Positions 8,159-16,616 of a DNA stretch of 24,313 nt are shown here, piece after piece. Source of the DNA: Candidatus Moraniibacteriota bacterium (GTDB lineage Bacteria > Patescibacteriota > Minisyncoccia > Moranbacterales > UBA1568). Every line of letters starts with the position of its first letter. Position 1 is the first letter of the stretch. Where the stretch lies: positions 1 to 24,313 of the forward strand of contig JAYUDH010000099.1 in assembly GCA_043739895.1 (NCBI GenBank). Direction: 5' to 3'. Under the pieces are notes generated by a model that saw only the letters and a list, made by a program, of their open reading frames with translations, did no database searches and had not been told where the DNA came from. The position numbers and the translations under genes are program-made.

Positions 8159-9301
8159 CTATTGAACAGAAATGCGGTCGCCAGCGATAATCGATCGAGA
8201 TAGGATGACGCGATCAGTTTCTGTGAGGCCGGAAAGAACTTCTGCGTAGCTTCCATAGAGATTACCAACGGTCACAGTTTGAGATATGGCGATATTATCA
8301 CGTTCAATAAGGACAGAGGCTGTGCTTTCGTCTTGGAAGATGGCGTCGATAGGAACGAGAGCCAAAGTATTATTCTGGTGACGAAGCGGTAGGGAGAGTG
8401 TGAGATATTCGCCATTGGTTATTTTTTCGGCCATAGTTTCGGAGAGAGTAAAGAGCACCGAGAATAAACCGTTCTCGTTTTCGCTTTGAGAAAAGTACGT
8501 AGGGAGAAGAGCGATGGTTTTATTTCCAATCATGAGCGTTGTCTCTCTTGTCGGATCAAAGAGGCGGACGGTTTTAGGATCAAGAAAGGCTTCGAGGGTA
8601 GTTGCTCCACGAGGAGTAGATATAGTGGCCAATACTTGCCCGGTAGTAACGAGGTCGCCACGTTTTACTCGAATACTCTCCACCGTACCACTGGCAAAGA
8701 TTTTTGGCTTAAGAACAGCATCGCTGACGTTGGTCAGTTGTGCTGAAAGTCTACTTTGTTCGATGGCACTCTTTCTTGTGGCACGGTCTTTTTTGAGTTG
8801 CGCGAGGGCCAAGTCTTCCTCGGTGTTACTTAAGGTGTTGTCATTCTTTGTCTTTTTTTCTTCAAGAGCGGATATGTCTTTATCTATTTTAGCGAGCTCC
8901 GCTGCGAGACGAGCGCTTTCAGTAGCGATGTTTTTTTGAAGGGTGGTACTACTACTTCCGTAGTCATTGGTGAGCGTGAGCAGCGTTTGTCCAGTAGTAA
9001 CGAGGCGTCCTGGAGACGTCAAAATATTTGAAACAACACCAGGAGCAAGTGCAACAATATTGACGATGCTCTCTTTTTTTACTTTTGCTGGCACGGTGAT
9101 GAAGGCTGTGTCCTTGGCGAGATCAAAGACAGGGGTTTCTTTGGCTTCGGGGGCAGCCGTAGAAATTTCGGCATCCGGAGTACGGAGAAAACTTCCCAGA
9201 GCGATGGTTCCAAAAAGGAGAATAAGCAAAATAATAAAACTCGTTGCTGGTCGTTTGGTAATTTTCTCTATAAAACGTGAAAAAATGCCTGAAATACGCA
9301 T
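8159..9301 (-). CDS. RND periplasmic adaptor (membrane fusion protein)
   Basis: N-terminal TM, two lipoyl half-motifs (PGVVSNILTSPGRLVTTGQTL and SGTVESIRVKRGDLVTTGQVL) around a coiled hairpin, and C-terminal VPIDAI...EVLSGL. Start moved to ATG 9301 because the longer ORF overlaps the promoter. Confidence 0.88.
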   Translation of the reverse strand: MRISGIFSRFIEKITKRPATSFIILLILLFGTIALGSFLRTPDAEISTAAPEAKETPVFDLAKDTAFITVPAKVKKESIVNIVALAPGVVSNILTSPGRLVTTGQTLLTLTNDYGSSSTTLQKNIATESARLAAELAKIDKDISALEEKKTKNDNTLSNTEEDLALAQLKKDRATRKSAIEQSRLSAQLTNVSDAVLKPKIFASGTVESIRVKRGDLVTTGQVLATISTPRGATTLEAFLDPKTVRLFDPTRETTLMIGNKTIALLPTYFSQSENENGLFSVLFTLSETMAEKITNGEYLTLSLPLRHQNNTLALVPIDAIFQDESTASVLIERDNIAISQTVTVGNLYGSYAEVLSGLTETDRVILSRSIIAGDRISVQ

Positions 9302-9337
9302 AAAAAAAGAAAAAAATAAATTACAATGTGAAGAACT

Positions 9338-9366
9338 ATGATAGCGGAAAATTTTTATTTTGTCAA
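9338..9366 (-). promoter_or_regulatory. Sigma70 promoter for the RND operon
   Basis: Minus strand TTGACA (9366-9361), 17-nt spacer, TATCAT (9343-9338). Confidence 0.75.
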
Positions 9367-9398
9367 TCGAGAACACGTAAGAAAAAGGAGAAAAAACA

Positions 9399-9407
9399 TG
9401 ATACAAT
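9399..9407 (+). promoter_or_regulatory. Extended -10 for the protease gene (divergent from the RND promoter)
   Basis: TG-A-TACAAT; the same CATGATACAAT string recurs before the gene at 16188. Confidence 0.5.
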
Positions 9408-9414
9408 AGAAGCT

Positions 9415-10872
9415 ATGAAAGAGTATTTTTTTATGAGTGTGTTTTTTTTGAAAAGATTTTTTAATCGAGGTACACTTTTTTTTCTGGGTGTATTTTTTAT
9501 TGTGAGTTTCCCGTTGATCGCATCGGCAGAGACTGTTCTGTCTGAAGAAGCTCTGGCGGACTTAGTGAAGCCTTCAGTGGTACGTATTGCTGAACATGTT
9601 ACTGGTACCGCTAAGATTCCTCAGGTGAAAGTAGACATCCGCCGGCGCTATGTAGCACTCGTTCCGGAGCGGTTTACTGAGGTGCCTGTAGATGAGTATC
9701 TTTCGGGGAGTGGCTTTGTTATACATCCTGATGGCTATATCGCTACCAATGCCCATGTTGTATCACTTGAAACGATCAAGACTTCGCTGGCATCAGAAAG
9801 TGCTCTTTCGGCGATTTATGAGAATGCCCTGCTATTGAGTGATCAAGAAACGCAATCATTTTTAGATGATCAAGATGGACTGCAATTTACGAAAGAAATT
9901 GTGCGTTACATTATTGATCACAGTGAATTTGATTTGAAGCATGAGATTGCAGTCATGCGCCCCGGTTCTAAGGAAACAAAGATACAGGATCTCATAACCA
10001 CTGGATTTCAGGCCGAGGTTATCTCGGTTAATGAGCACTTTCTTGATGATGAGCGTGATGTTGCTCTATTAAAAATAGAGGAAAACAATCTCCCCGCCCT
10101 TTCTTTGGGCTCGGCTGAGGATTTTTCTGTAGGAAAGAAAGTGTTTATTTTTGGTTTTCCTGCTACAGCAGAGATTAATGAAAAGAATCCTTCAGAAGCA
10201 ACATTTACTCGTGGTATCGTGAGTGCTATCAAGCAAACGACCGATGGTCAGTTAAAAATTTTTCAAACCGATGCCAAAGTTTCCCAAGGGTCGAGTGGTG
10301 GACCACTGTTTAATGAGTATGGAGCGGTACTGGGGATGATTACGTTCCAAACGGACGAACTTACTCGTTCGGCTGGAGATAATTTTGCCTTTGCTCTTCC
10401 GGTAGAGATAGTAGCGAAACAGGCCGACGAAGCGCGTGTGATACCGGAGGAAGGCGAATATTCCCGTTCCTTTAAGCTCGGATTTGGAGCCTTTTTAGAG
10501 CGACACTGTGATAAGGCACTTGCCTCTTTTGAAGAGACAAAGAAAACGAATTCTCTTTTTCTTCCAGCTCACTTTGTCGCTTCTTATGTGCAAAAATGTC
10601 AAGAATGGCAGTCACAGGGACAGGCCCGCGATACGTATTGGGGAGAACTTCGTATGGGAGTAGGTGCTCTCAGTAGTCCCATCCTATATATCCTTGGAGG
10701 GGCATTCCTTGCTTTTGGTTTACTCGGAGGGATGATGTTTTGGTTGGTTCGTCAGTTGCGGTGTGAAGAACAGGAGATTATTTCACTTCAGAACCGCTTG
10801 CGAGCCGATGAGCAAGAACTACGTCGTCATGAAAAAAGTACCGAGGATTCAGTCGGCAAGGGAAAGGATTAA
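9415..10872 (+). CDS. Trypsin-like (S1C/HtrA-related) serine protease without PDZ, with a C-terminal membrane anchor
   Basis: Motifs GSGFVI, TNAHVV (His), DVALLKI (Asp) and QGSSGGPL (Ser); signal peptide ending ASA-E; C-terminal TM plus a charged coiled tail. Start is ATG 9415 or 9433. Confidence 0.88.
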   Translation: MKEYFFMSVFFLKRFFNRGTLFFLGVFFIVSFPLIASAETVLSEEALADLVKPSVVRIAEHVTGTAKIPQVKVDIRRRYVALVPERFTEVPVDEYLSGSGFVIHPDGYIATNAHVVSLETIKTSLASESALSAIYENALLLSDQETQSFLDDQDGLQFTKEIVRYIIDHSEFDLKHEIAVMRPGSKETKIQDLITTGFQAEVISVNEHFLDDERDVALLKIEENNLPALSLGSAEDFSVGKKVFIFGFPATAEINEKNPSEATFTRGIVSAIKQTTDGQLKIFQTDAKVSQGSSGGPLFNEYGAVLGMITFQTDELTRSAGDNFAFALPVEIVAKQADEARVIPEEGEYSRSFKLGFGAFLERHCDKALASFEETKKTNSLFLPAHFVASYVQKCQEWQSQGQARDTYWGELRMGVGALSSPILYILGGAFLAFGLLGGMMFWLVRQLRCEEQEIISLQNRLRADEQELRRHEKSTEDSVGKGKD

Positions 10873-10901
10873 AAAAGAAACACAGAGGATTTTGAAAAAG
10901 T

Positions 10902-12671
10902 ATGATTGGTTTTACTGATATTGTTTTTAGTCGCGAGTTTCGTCTCCCACTCTTTTTATTGGGACTTATGGTGGCTGGTTTTGTTTTTTCTGTGCCACTT
11001 CTTTTCACCGGCGCGATGCTGATCGGTCTCTGGCAATTGGCCACAGAGTCTTTTGAGCGGATACGACGAGGAAAGTGGAGTTTGGATTATCTCGCCCTGA
11101 TCACCCTTGTTACGGCTCTATTGATGAGAGAGTGGCTCTCTGGATCTGTTATTTCGCTCATGGTCGCAGTGAGCGCTGCACTCGAAAGTTATGGTACCAA
11201 GCACGCAGAAAAGACGCTTCAGGGACTTTTTGAAGCGTTACCAAAGACAGTGCTTTTGCGTCATGGTGAGCATGAAACCGAAGTATCGCTTCAGAGTATT
11301 TCTTCGGGAGATATTCTCCTCGTTCGACCGAATGAGATGCTTGCTTTCGATGGGTACCTCCTTTCAGGGAAGGCACTTTTGAATGAAGCGAATCTGACCG
11401 GGGAGATGGAACCGGTAGTGTACGAAACATCCCAGCTTTTAAAGAGCGGGAGTATTAATGTTGGCGAAGAGATGTTATTTGAAGTGCGGGGTGACTTCGA
11501 ACATTCGAGTTATCGAAAAATTCTCCGTCTCATCGAAGAGGGGAAGCGTCACCCGTCACCACTGACCCGACTCGCTGAACGATATAATATTTGGTTTTCT
11601 CTCTTTGCGTTAGCGCTCTCGTTTGGTGCGTATTTCCTCTTTCGAGATTGGGGACGCTTCCTCGCTGTCCTTGTTATTGCCACTCCTTGTCCACTTCTCA
11701 TTGCTGCTCCAATGAGTTTTATTGGTGGCTTAAACAAGGCGGCACGCAAGAATATTATTATAAAAAGTCCCTACGTACTGGAACTTTTGGCGAAAACAAA
11801 GGTATTTTTCTTTGATAAGACAGGTACGCTTACTTTAGGTGAGCCACGCCTCAAAAAGATTGCGCTTCTTGATGCAGGCCTTGATCGTGAGCAGGCGCTT
11901 GATCTGGCTGCCAGCTTGGAACGAAATTCCTTTCATCCCTTAGCGCGTTCCCTTGTGAAGGAGCAGCGAGAGACGTGCCACACAGAGGTTCCCGAAGCAT
12001 CACATGTCGAGGAAAAAATTGGGGAGGGTATTTTTGGTACTATTGATGGGAGTCATTTTGGAGTAGTAAAGTCTCCCGGAGTAGCACAAGGGCTGACGGT
12101 TGATTTGACTCATGAAGGAGTTTCTATCGCACGATTTTTTTTCGATGATGAATTGAAAAGTGATGTATCAGAAGTTTTTGATTATCTGAAGGAACGAGGA
12201 TATTTCTTTGGTATCCTTACTGGTGATAAAAAAGCCAATGCTGACCGTCTCTTTGAGGTATTTCACCTCCCAATTTATGCAGAGTCTACTCCTGATAAAA
12301 AGGTTGCTCTTGTGGAACGGTATCAGAAGGAGGGGAAACTCGTGGGAATGATTGGGGATGGTGTCAATGATGCTCCTGCTCTCGCTTTGGCTGATGTTGG
12401 GATTGTTTTTTCCGGCAATGAAAACAGCGCTTCTATTGAAGCCGCAGATGTCGCACTCTTGGGACGCGATGCTTGGAATATTCGTGACGCTATCCATATT
12501 GGGCGTCGTTCCTATCATGTAGCGCTTCAAAGTATTGCTATCGGTATCGGACTTTCTTCACTGGGAATGATCCTCGCTTTTTTTGGCTTCATTCCGGTTT
12601 TACCAGGAGCAATTCTGCAAGAGGTGATTGATGCGGTGGTTATTGTGAATGCTCTTCGTTCAACATATTAA
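10902..12671 (+). CDS. Heavy-metal P1B-type ATPase (P1B-5-like motifs), no N-terminal metal-binding domain
   Basis: Motifs LTGE, ATPCPL, DKTGTLT, HP, GDGVNDAPAL and QEVID in the last TM. Confidence 0.93.
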   Translation: MIGFTDIVFSREFRLPLFLLGLMVAGFVFSVPLLFTGAMLIGLWQLATESFERIRRGKWSLDYLALITLVTALLMREWLSGSVISLMVAVSAALESYGTKHAEKTLQGLFEALPKTVLLRHGEHETEVSLQSISSGDILLVRPNEMLAFDGYLLSGKALLNEANLTGEMEPVVYETSQLLKSGSINVGEEMLFEVRGDFEHSSYRKILRLIEEGKRHPSPLTRLAERYNIWFSLFALALSFGAYFLFRDWGRFLAVLVIATPCPLLIAAPMSFIGGLNKAARKNIIIKSPYVLELLAKTKVFFFDKTGTLTLGEPRLKKIALLDAGLDREQALDLAASLERNSFHPLARSLVKEQRETCHTEVPEASHVEEKIGEGIFGTIDGSHFGVVKSPGVAQGLTVDLTHEGVSIARFFFDDELKSDVSEVFDYLKERGYFFGILTGDKKANADRLFEVFHLPIYAESTPDKKVALVERYQKEGKLVGMIGDGVNDAPALALADVGIVFSGNENSASIEAADVALLGRDAWNIRDAIHIGRRSYHVALQSIAIGIGLSSLGMILAFFGFIPVLPGAILQEVIDAVVIVNALRSTY

Positions 12672-12756
12672 AGGGGAAAGAAAAATGCGATACTATAGAA
12701 GGTGTACAATATATACAAAACAGTAAATAAAAAAGAGAGGAAATAAAAGAATATAT

Positions 12757-14760
12757 ATGCAAATACAAAAATGGTTTTCTGATGGACATCCATTACGCTA
12801 TCACCTCGCAGCGCTTGGGTTGGCAGTGGTCGCCCTTGGTGCTGTGGTAACGACAACTATATTGGCTGATGATGGAGGGACGACGACACCTATCACAACA
12901 ACTACCACAGCGACGACAACTGTCACCGCCCCTCAATGTAGCTATTCCTACTCAGTCTGGGGAGCGTGTCAGTCCAATGGGTCGCAAAAAAGAGAAGTGC
13001 TCTCTCGCGCACCAAGTGGCTGTGAGGAATATACTCATCCAGTTGTGGAACAGCACTGTACGTATACTGCCCCAACTACTTCTGGTACGACGAGTGGAAC
13101 GACTAGTACAGGTACAGCAACCAATACTGAAACGATTACTAGTTGTTCTTATACATATGGGAACTGGAGCATTTGCCAGTCTGACGGCAAGCGATATCGT
13201 CCTATTGTGAGTACCGCCCCAAGTGGTTGTGTTACGAAGACGAGCCCTCAAATAGCTGAAAGCTGTACGTTTATCGCTGTTTCCAATACACAAACTACTG
13301 CTTCGTCACCCACTTCTTCTCAGACATCAACTACTACAACCTCGGCAAATCAATGTCTGTATACCTACACAAATTGGGGTACCTGTCAGAGTAACGGCAA
13401 GCGAACGCGGTTATCGATTGAAAAATCTCCTTCCGGCTGTGAGGAATATACTCACCCTATTCTGGAACAAAGTTGTGTGTATGATGGTTCATCCACGGTT
13501 TCTTCGGGGAGCGCTATCCCTGTTACTACTCAAAGTACTTCTGTCACGACTGATACCACACATCAAGGTGAGGTAACGAGTGGTGTTACGCCACCTTTTT
13601 CCTTTACCAATGTCGGTGAAGGAATGATTATTCGAGAAACGCTTTCTCTCCAGGGGTCTGTTTCGGGTGCACAGGGAGTGGAGTATTACCTCGTACCGGT
13701 TGGTTCAAACACCTACAAATATATTGGGAATGCCCGAGTAAATGAATCAGCGGTGTGGAGTCTCAATTTTCGCTCAGGAGACTTCCCTAATGGAGAGTTT
13801 TATCTGCGAGCCAAGATCAAAAATATGTATGGTGAGTATGGTAGTGGTCAACGGAAAATTTCCATCGCTAATGATGGTCAACCGACAGGCGAGGGGTCTA
13901 AAGTAGAAAAGGGTTTCACTTCTTTTGAAGTAACGAATACTGCCAAGGTGGAAGCATTGAAGCAGGCGGCGCAGGATCTCGGTGTTCCAAAAGATGAAAC
14001 GATAGCTTCTGCTACAACAGATCCCAATGCAGAGAAAAAGCATATCTTTGATTATTGTCAGGCCCATAGCGATAAGTGTTTTCCAGAACGAGATAGTGAT
14101 CATGATGGATTGAGTGATGTCGATGAAGTTCGCTACGGAACGAATCCGAAGTCGGCTGATAGCGATCTTGATGGTTTCCTTGATGGTGATGAGGTCAAGG
14201 GCGGATTTGATCCACTCAAGTATTCAGCAGGAGATCAGAGTGATCGTATTGTTTTTGAAAGTCCGAAAGTATCGGGAGAAATTAAAAAAGAAGTCTATAC
14301 GGTGAAAAATGTTTCTTTACAAGGAGCAGAGAGTAAAGAACAGAAAATCCATCTTTCTGGTAAAGGGTTACCAAACAGTTTTGTTACTATTTATGTGTAT
14401 AGTGACCCCATCGTACTGACAGTCAAGACGGACAGCGAAGGAAATTGGACCTATGAATTAGATAAGGAACTCGAAGACGGAAAGCATGAAGCTTATGTGG
14501 CGGTCACTGATAACACGGGAAAAATTACCGCGAAGAGCGAACCGCTTCTCTTTGTGAAGACCGCTCAAGCGGTGACGGTCATTCCTGAGGCAAACGCAGC
14601 AGAAGAAGCTCAGACTCTGCCTGTATCGGAAAACCGTGCTCAAAAAGATATCTTGCTTCTCGTGGCGATTATTATTGCCGCAGTGGCGGTTGCTCTAGCA
14701 ACTGTAGGCTTGATTAAACATCGACATGCTCTCGCAAAAGAAGGTCCATCGCAACCGTAA
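12757..14760 (+). CDS. Large membrane-anchored surface protein: 3 Cys-rich TSP1-like repeats, Thr/Ser linkers, Ig-like domains, TSP3-like Ca-binding repeat
   Basis: N-terminal signal/TM; repeats described in the next feature; DSDHDGLSDVDEVRYGTNPKSADSDLDGFLDGDEV; Ig-like GKGLPNSFVTIYV...GNWTYEL; C-terminal TM followed by KHRH. Confidence 0.85.
   Translation: MQIQKWFSDGHPLRYHLAALGLAVVALGAVVTTTILADDGGTTTPITTTTTATTTVTAPQCSYSYSVWGACQSNGSQKREVLSRAPSGCEEYTHPVVEQHCTYTAPTTSGTTSGTTSTGTATNTETITSCSYTYGNWSICQSDGKRYRPIVSTAPSGCVTKTSPQIAESCTFIAVSNTQTTASSPTSSQTSTTTTSANQCLYTYTNWGTCQSNGKRTRLSIEKSPSGCEEYTHPILEQSCVYDGSSTVSSGSAIPVTTQSTSVTTDTTHQGEVTSGVTPPFSFTNVGEGMIIRETLSLQGSVSGAQGVEYYLVPVGSNTYKYIGNARVNESAVWSLNFRSGDFPNGEFYLRAKIKNMYGEYGSGQRKISIANDGQPTGEGSKVEKGFTSFEVTNTAKVEALKQAAQDLGVPKDETIASATTDPNAEKKHIFDYCQAHSDKCFPERDSDHDGLSDVDEVRYGTNPKSADSDLDGFLDGDEVKGGFDPLKYSAGDQSDRIVFESPKVSGEIKKEVYTVKNVSLQGAESKEQKIHLSGKGLPNSFVTIYVYSDPIVLTVKTDSEGNWTYELDKELEDGKHEAYVAVTDNTGKITAKSEPLLFVKTAQAVTVIPEANAAEEAQTLPVSENRAQKDILLLVAIIIAAVAVALATVGLIKHRHALAKEGPSQP
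12937..13482 (+). repeat. Three 43-aa Cys-rich repeats at 12937-13065, 13144-13272 and 13354-13482
   Basis: Each is C-x9-C-x17-C-x11-C with consensus CxYxYxxWxxCQSNGKRxRxxxxxxPSGC...P..EQxCxY. Repeats 1 and 3 are also similar at DNA level (tgtgaggaatatactca). Confidence 0.9.
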
Positions 14761-14772
14761 CTACCCTGACTT

Positions 14773-16110
14773 ATGAAACATCTTTTTCAAAGCGGTATTG
14801 CCTTTATTCGAGAAAATCCTCGCATCCTGTATTCCTTTGTGCTCCTCATCTTTGTTCCGGCGGCATTTTTTTTCAATACCTATAGCTTGATCTCAGGTAT
14901 GGAAAAGGATATCGACCGCATCACTCAGCGTAAAGCAATACTGGCCGAAAAAATTATCAATGGGATTATGGTGGGGAGTATACAGAATGAGCAGGCTTTG
15001 CAGGGGGCGATCGATGGTGTGGTAGGGGATAAGAGTGAGATTCTTTCGCTGGCTGTTTTAACGACAAAGAATGATGCGAGTCATTTCGAAGTGATAGCAT
15101 CGAGTGAAAGAGAGACGCTCCATCAGACAACAGAAAATATTCAGTATCTTTTAGCCTGGAACAAGCCGGAAGGAATTGCCTTTCTTGACAGTAACGCGGG
15201 TGGTCGTTTCTGGCGTGTTACGAGGCTCCTGTCTGACGAATCAGGAGTAAAGGTAGGCTTGGTGACGATGGCTTTTTCTCTTCAGGATTCAGATGCGCTC
15301 ATGGAGCGGACGGTGAATCACTCGTACCTCATTCTTTTGATAACAGTATTAGTAGTGCTACTTCTGGTATCGAATCAGGCACGTCTCTTTGGATATGTTT
15401 TGACCTTGAATAAGTTGAAGGAAGTGGATGTGATGAAAGATAACCTGGTGTCAATGGCCAGCCATGAACTACGTTCCCCACTCACGGCTATTAAGGGATA
15501 TCTCGAGCTCCTTGATGATAAGCACCTCACCCTTGATGAAGAGGCGAAGAAGTACTTTGCAAATATCTCGTATGCCGTGAATCGTTTGAATACACTAGTA
15601 AGTGACATGCTCGAGGTCTCGCGACTTGAAGGAAATCGTGTCCCGCTTCACATAGTGAACTTTGATGTCAGTTCACTTATCGTTCAATCGACGGAGGAAC
15701 TACGATCACAGGCCATTCAAAAGGGTTTGGAACTCATGGTACTTGATTTAGCCAATGCGGAAGTAGAGGCCGATGAAGATCGGGTACAGGAGATCTTAGT
15801 GAATCTCATCGGGAATGCAATTAAGTACACTCCACAGGGTTCTGTGACAGTGAGCACTTCAGTGAAAGAAAAGGAATATCTCATTACGGTGGCTGATACT
15901 GGTCTGGGTATTTCCGCGGAAGATCAGAAAAAACTCTTTCAAAAATTTTCTCGTATTCAGAATACGCAGACCAAGTCGATTACCGGTACCGGGTTGGGGC
16001 TTTGGATTACCCTGGAATTGGCAGAGAAGATGGGCGGTACTATTTCCGTAGAAAGTATTGAGGGAGTAGGATCTCACTTTACCCTCCATCTGCCATTGGC
16101 AAAGAAATGA
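14773..16110 (+). CDS. Membrane sensor histidine kinase (HisKA + HATPase)
   Basis: Two TMs flanking an extracytoplasmic domain; H-box SHELRSPLTAIKGY, N-box NLIGNAIKYT, G1 DTGLGI, G2 GTGLGL. Confidence 0.95.
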   Translation: MKHLFQSGIAFIRENPRILYSFVLLIFVPAAFFFNTYSLISGMEKDIDRITQRKAILAEKIINGIMVGSIQNEQALQGAIDGVVGDKSEILSLAVLTTKNDASHFEVIASSERETLHQTTENIQYLLAWNKPEGIAFLDSNAGGRFWRVTRLLSDESGVKVGLVTMAFSLQDSDALMERTVNHSYLILLITVLVVLLLVSNQARLFGYVLTLNKLKEVDVMKDNLVSMASHELRSPLTAIKGYLELLDDKHLTLDEEAKKYFANISYAVNRLNTLVSDMLEVSRLEGNRVPLHIVNFDVSSLIVQSTEELRSQAIQKGLELMVLDLANAEVEADEDRVQEILVNLIGNAIKYTPQGSVTVSTSVKEKEYLITVADTGLGISAEDQKKLFQKFSRIQNTQTKSITGTGLGLWITLELAEKMGGTISVESIEGVGSHFTLHLPLAKK

Positions 16111-16123
16111 TGCTGTGTCTGGC

Positions 16124-16153
16124 TTTACAGGGCAAAAAAAATCATGATACAAT
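16124..16153 (+). promoter_or_regulatory. Sigma70 promoter for the 16188 gene
   Basis: TTTACA (16124-16129), 18-nt spacer, TG-A-TACAAT (-10 at 16148-16153). Confidence 0.5.
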
Positions 16154-16187
16154 CAGTTGTCCGATAGGGACGTTTCTCGGAGGAATC

Positions 16188-16541
16188 ATGAGTATCACAA
16201 ATATACTGCCTCAAACGGGGCTGTTTCTCGGTGAGATTGATGGGCAGTGGGCCAGGGAACTGCGCGAGACGCTCCACATGGACCTCGAGCTGTTCTGGGA
16301 TGCTGTGGGCGTTATTGCGGTCGATGGGTCGCGCTACGAAACGTGTCGAACGTTCCTGCCACGCGTGGTGGTGACTGCCATGGTCTATGTCCACCTCTAC
16401 AAACTGCCGCCGGTGTTTTTCGAACGGACTGAGCCGGCCCATGCCAACCGCATTCTCAATGCGCTGGAACAAGGACGGCGCTATCTGACGGACGACGTTC
16501 GTGCTCGATTCTTGGCTTGTCACTTCGTGCCAGCACCCTGA
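16188..16541 (+). CDS. Hypothetical protein, 117 aa, high GC
   Basis: GGAGG Shine-Dalgarno just before ATG 16188, an upstream promoter and a downstream terminator; no recognisable motif. Confidence 0.6.
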   Translation: MSITNILPQTGLFLGEIDGQWARELRETLHMDLELFWDAVGVIAVDGSRYETCRTFLPRVVVTAMVYVHLYKLPPVFFERTEPAHANRILNALEQGRRYLTDDVRARFLACHFVPAP

Positions 16542-16559
16542 GCAATTTCTTGCAACAAT

Positions 16560-16592
16560 AAGGTCTCGCGGTATTATCCGGAGACCTTTTTT
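16560..16592. terminator. Terminator between the 16188 gene and the convergent ABC permease
   Basis: AAGGTCTC-g-CGG-tattat-CCG-GAGACCTT followed by TTTT. Confidence 0.75.
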
Positions 16593-16616
16593 CTTGTCTA
16601 TTTTTGGTAGGCCTCT

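Noticed and set aside
4847-8939. Many plus-strand ORFs opposite the RND pump and adaptor
   Set aside because: Antisense shadows of long, well-supported genes.
14614-14730. LPVSE followed by a hydrophobic stretch and basic tail, resembling an LPxTG sorting signal
   Set aside because: Lacks the TG and no sortase is in the window; treated as a simple TM anchor.
16125-16523. 132-aa minus-strand ORF overlapping the ORFan
   Set aside because: The SD, promoter and terminator all favour the plus-strand ORF.
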